From Bacteroidota bacterium (GTDB lineage Bacteria; Bacteroidota; Ignavibacteria; Kapaibacteriales; UBA2268): 48,209 nucleotides of DNA. This document shows positions 45,446-48,209 of the stretch, piece after piece. The notes beneath the pieces are model-generated. The model worked only from the letters and a program-made list of their open reading frames with translations, was not told the origin of the DNA and did not search any database. A program made the translations under genes and the position numbers. Position 1 is the stretch's first letter. Each line of letters begins with the position of its first letter. Where the stretch lies: contig JAJRPT010000117.1 of the NCBI GenBank assembly GCA_024280675.1, forward strand, positions 1-48,209, written 5' to 3'.

Positions 45446-46780
45446 ATGAACGAACTCTTTACAAACGAAAAATCAGAGAAAGAAAAGCTGGATGATTTCT
45501 TGAGCAAACCACTTGCTGGGCGAATGCGACCAAAAACATTAGACGAAGTAGTCGGCCAATCGCATTTAATCGGAGATGATGGTGCGGTCAGAAAATTCCT
45601 AGAGCAAGATTTCCTGCCGTCAATTATTTTCTGGGGACCACCCGGCACTGGCAAAACTACACTCGCAAATATTTTAGCCGAGAGCCTTAGTTATGAAATC
45701 AGAAAACTTTCTGCCATCGACTCCGGCGTAAAAGAACTGCGAAAGGTAATTGCCGAGGCTGAATTAAAGAAGAGGAAAAATAAAAGAACATTGCTTTTTA
45801 TCGACGAGATTCACCGCTTTAATAAATCCCAACAAGATTCATTGCTCCACGCAGTCGAGTCTGGACTGATTACATTGATTGGTGCAACGACTGAGAATCC
45901 GTCTTTTGAAGTCAATGGTGCATTGCTTTCCCGTTGTCAAGTCTACATACTCAAGCCATTGACACAAAAGGAGATAACGAAGATTGTAGAGAATGCTTGC
46001 AAGAAAGATTTGCTGTTATGCAACTACGAGATTGAAATTGAGAATATTGATTTTCTGATTGAAGTCTCTGGCGGAGATGCACGCTCTTCTTTGAACGCAC
46101 TCGAGCTGGCAATGAAAATGAAGGACGAGCAAGAGGGATCCAACATCATTCTCTCCAACAAAGATTTTGAAAAGGCAATCCAGCAACGCACTGCTAAATA
46201 CGACAAAAATGGAGAAAATCATTATGATACTATTTCTGCATTCATTAAATCAATGCGTGGCTCAGACCCCGATGCTGCAATTTTTTACATGAGTAAAATG
46301 CTGATTGCTGGCGAAGACCCGAAATTCATTGCACGCCGTATGGTCGTCTTTGCCTCCGAAGATATTGGAAACGCAGACCCGTTTGCTCTTTCGCTTGCCG
46401 TCTCAGTATTCGACGCAGTGAATCTCATTGGAATGCCTGAGTGCCGTATAAACCTCGCCCATGGCGTGAGCTACCTTGCTTCTGCACCCAAATCAAATGC
46501 TTCTTATCTGGCGATAGAGAATGCTTGCAAGGACGCAAAAAGAGGGGCGGGGCAAGATGTGCCCAAACATCTCCGAAATGCACCCACAAAGCTGATGAAA
46601 CAAGAAGGCTACGGCAAAGGCTATAAATACCCCCATGATTACCCCAACAATTTTGTAGATGAAAACTATTTACCAGAGGATTTGAAGGATAAGAAATATT
46701 ACAATCCAACAGAAAATGGACGTGAGTCAAAAATCAAAGCCCGTCTGGACTTTTTCTGGAATAAATTCAAAGAAAAATAA
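45446..46780 (+). CDS. rarA: replication-associated recombination protein A (AAA+ ATPase RarA/MgsA)
   Basis: 444 aa with [10 protein letters not shown], Walker [12 protein letters not shown], Walker [12 protein letters not shown] and [11 protein letters not shown]. The C-terminal MgsA region has ..[19 protein letters not shown]. Confidence 0.92.
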   Translation: MNELFTNEKSEKEKLDDFLSKPLAGRMRPKTLDEVVGQSHLIGDDGAVRKFLEQDFLPSIIFWGPPGTGKTTLANILAESLSYEIRKLSAIDSGVKELRKVIAEAELKKRKNKRTLLFIDEIHRFNKSQQDSLLHAVESGLITLIGATTENPSFEVNGALLSRCQVYILKPLTQKEITKIVENACKKDLLLCNYEIEIENIDFLIEVSGGDARSSLNALELAMKMKDEQEGSNIILSNKDFEKAIQQRTAKYDKNGENHYDTISAFIKSMRGSDPDAAIFYMSKMLIAGEDPKFIARRMVVFASEDIGNADPFALSLAVSVFDAVNLIGMPECRINLAHGVSYLASAPKSNASYLAIENACKDAKRGAGQDVPKHLRNAPTKLMKQEGYGKGYKYPHDYPNNFVDENYLPEDLKDKKYYNPTENGRESKIKARLDFFWNKFKEK

Positions 46781-46784
46781 TTAA

Positions 46785-46872
46785 ATTGAAACCATTGGCA
46801 CCATTGAAACCATTGGCACCATTGAAACCATTGGCACCATTGAAACCATTGGCACCATTGGCACCATTGGCA
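46785..46872 (+). repeat. tandem array: 4 units of 18 nt (ATTGAAACCATTGGCACC), then ATTGGCACC and ATTGGCA
   Basis: Read directly. Units start at 46785, 46803, 46821 and 46839, with the 9-nt subunit continuing at 46857 and 46866. The array fills most of the spacer between convergent rarA and the TonB-dependent receptor gene. Confidence 0.92.
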
Positions 46873-46909
46873 TTTCAGACAAATAATGGAAGTTTCATCA
46901 AGCCATCGC

Positions 46910-48209
46910 TTAGAACTCAATTTTAAATCCACCAATGGGAAGCAGTCCAATTTGATTAATCACCCTTTCTTTCTGAGTAACTGGGTTATAGGCTCTGAAG
47001 AACTCATTTTGAGTATTTAACACATTTTCAATGGAAAAGAAACTCACCATCGAGAATCCTTCAAAATTCTGCCTCCAATCAATTCTTATGTCGGTTTTAG
47101 AATAATTACTTTTTCTTGAAAGAAAGCTAAGTTCTTCATTGTATTCTGTTCTTTTTTCTTGGCTTGATTTAATCCTGTCGATGGGCGTAAAAGGCACGCC
47201 ATTGGAAAAAGAAAGTTTTGTAGAGAACTCCAATGTATTATTCCCGTCAATTTTCCATTCATATCCAGCCAAGAGATTGACCACAAGTTGGTTGTCAAAT
47301 GCACCATTTCTGTAAATCAAATCACCATTTTCATCTTTGAATTTAGTGGCAAATTCTTGTCTAATATATGAGTTTGAAAGTGTGATATAATATCCATCGG
47401 AGAAATTCTTTGTTAGCGAGAATTCTACTCCATAAGTCCTGCCTCTTCCTTTGCTTTCGGCGCTTATTCCTTGCACTTCAACAGGGCCATAAGCCGCACC
47501 CACATTGGACATTGACCACCATGAAACTGTGTCTTTCTCAACCGGCACTTTTGAATAATCTTTGTAGAATGCCTCTAGTTTAATTTGCCAATCATCGCTT
47601 GGCAGGATTGAATACCCAGCAAGGTAATGAACGGCTTGCATCGGTTCTAGGTTTTTATTTTCACTTTTGGTCTCATAAAGCAAAAGCGGCAGAGTTTGCC
47701 TATGCAGACCAATTCCAATGTTAAAGTTAATCCATTTGTTCTCCGAATAATTCAGAGCAAATCTTGGTTCAATGGTTAAATCTTCACTTAGGCTAAAATA
47801 TTGTGAATGGATTCCGAAGTTCGAAGTTAATTTCTTTGAGATTTTCCAGTTCCAATTCACAAATGCAAAAGATTGAATTGCATTTTCTTCTTTCAACAGA
47901 TTATCGGCCCCCTCAAACTCCAAACCGGCCAGTGTAAAATCATAATAATTATTATTGATCGAGTATTCTTTGTATTTCCCTTCGACACCCAGGCTGAAAT
48001 AATGTCTGGAGTTTGGAGAATAGTTGAGTATGTATTTGGCTGTTGCAAATTGCTCTTGACTAGCATTGTTCACCTGAGTTTGCTTTGAGATTAGTTCGTA
48101 ATTTTCATCGGCATCAAGCACCCAAATTTCTGTATTGAAATCACTTCTTGTAAAGCCAAGCGTAAATTTTGAATACCATTTCTTGTTGAAAAGATGAGTC
48201 CAATTCCCC
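46910..48209 (-). CDS. TonB-dependent receptor, C-terminal beta-barrel portion (N-terminus outside the window)
   Basis: The frame is open from the window end to TAA at 46910-46912. It shows an alternating beta-strand pattern and a terminal ..LLPIGGFKIEF with a C-terminal Phe, as in TonB-dependent receptors. The track start at 48121 is only an internal GTG. Confidence 0.75.
   Translation of the reverse strand, partial: GNWTHLFNKKWYSKFTLGFTRSDFNTEIWVLDADENYELISKQTQVNNASQEQFATAKYILNYSPNSRHYFSLGVEGKYKEYSINNNYYDFTLAGLEFEGADNLLKEENAIQSFAFVNWNWKISKKLTSNFGIHSQYFSLSEDLTIEPRFALNYSENKWINFNIGIGLHRQTLPLLLYETKSENKNLEPMQAVHYLAGYSILPSDDWQIKLEAFYKDYSKVPVEKDTVSWWSMSNVGAAYGPVEVQGISAESKGRGRTYGVEFSLTKNFSDGYYITLSNSYIRQEFATKFKDENGDLIYRNGAFDNQLVVNLLAGYEWKIDGNNTLEFSTKLSFSNGVPFTPIDRIKSSQEKRTEYNEELSFLSRKSNYSKTDIRIDWRQNFEGFSMVSFFSIENVLNTQNEFFRAYNPVTQKERVINQIGLLPIGGFKIEF

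Noticed and set aside
42157-46872. Whether any of the tandem arrays is a CRISPR array.
   Set aside because: The units abut one another with no unique spacers and are only 9-18 nt long. No cas genes are present in the window.
46699-46950. An 83-aa ORF with CQWCQWFQW repeats.
   Set aside because: It is a direct translation of the 18-nt tandem array and overlaps the ends of both flanking genes. There is no start context or plausible fold.

Overview
This is a 48.2 kb low-GC bacterial chromosomal fragment, and genes are cut at both ends. All calls come from reading the sequence and the supplied ORF track and from recalled family motifs. No database search was run.

Layout:
- (1) 1-13.5 kb is a nitrate-respiration island. 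It holds narG (3' fragment), narH, narJ, narI and two NNP-family nitrate/nitrite transporters. A candidate Moco riboswitch with a visible terminator/antiterminator follows. It gates a 9-gene operon: CMD-family gene, half-size CHR transporter, moaA, moaC, moaD, moeB-rhodanese, moaE, moeA, mobA. A convergent hemerythrin-type RIC gene closes the island.
- (2) 13.5-27.2 kb holds pgi and queC, then a tightly packed minus-strand chain: glmU-like, frameshifted methylmalonyl-CoA epimerase, gpmA, exported TldD/PmbA pair, wzz-like, O-antigen-ligase-like, mrdA. An NFACT/RqcH-like gene follows.
- (3) 27.2-32.5 kb is a five-gene minus-strand module with no function I can assign: outer-membrane beta-barrel-like protein, small RsbW-type GHKL ATPase, 687-aa membrane-anchored STAND-like P-loop/coiled-coil protein, rhomboid protease, 105-aa helical protein.
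- (4) 32.6-44.7 kb holds tatC, a polyprenyl synthase, a BI-1 family gene, and the conserved nusA-infB-rbfA-truB-ribF-rpsO-pnp block.
- (5) 44.8-46.9 kb holds a small antitoxin/truncated-ParE cassette bracketed by direct repeats, then rarA.
- (6) 46.9-48.2 kb holds a TonB-dependent receptor fragment.

Three unrelated tandem-repeat arrays (units of about 15, 15 and 18 nt) lie immediately 3' of plus-strand genes in the last 6 kb.

Several exact TAnnTTTG motifs 40-60 nt upstream of start codons, and the mostly SD-less starts, suggest a Bacteroidota/FCB-like organism. This is inference only.

Best novelty candidates:
- the 27-32 kb envelope module;
- the CMD plus single half-size CHR pair as lead genes of a Moco-riboswitch operon;
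- the intergenic tandem arrays and the repeat-bracketed TA cassette;
- the epimerase frame change, which falls on a canonical U_UUA_AAU heptamer.
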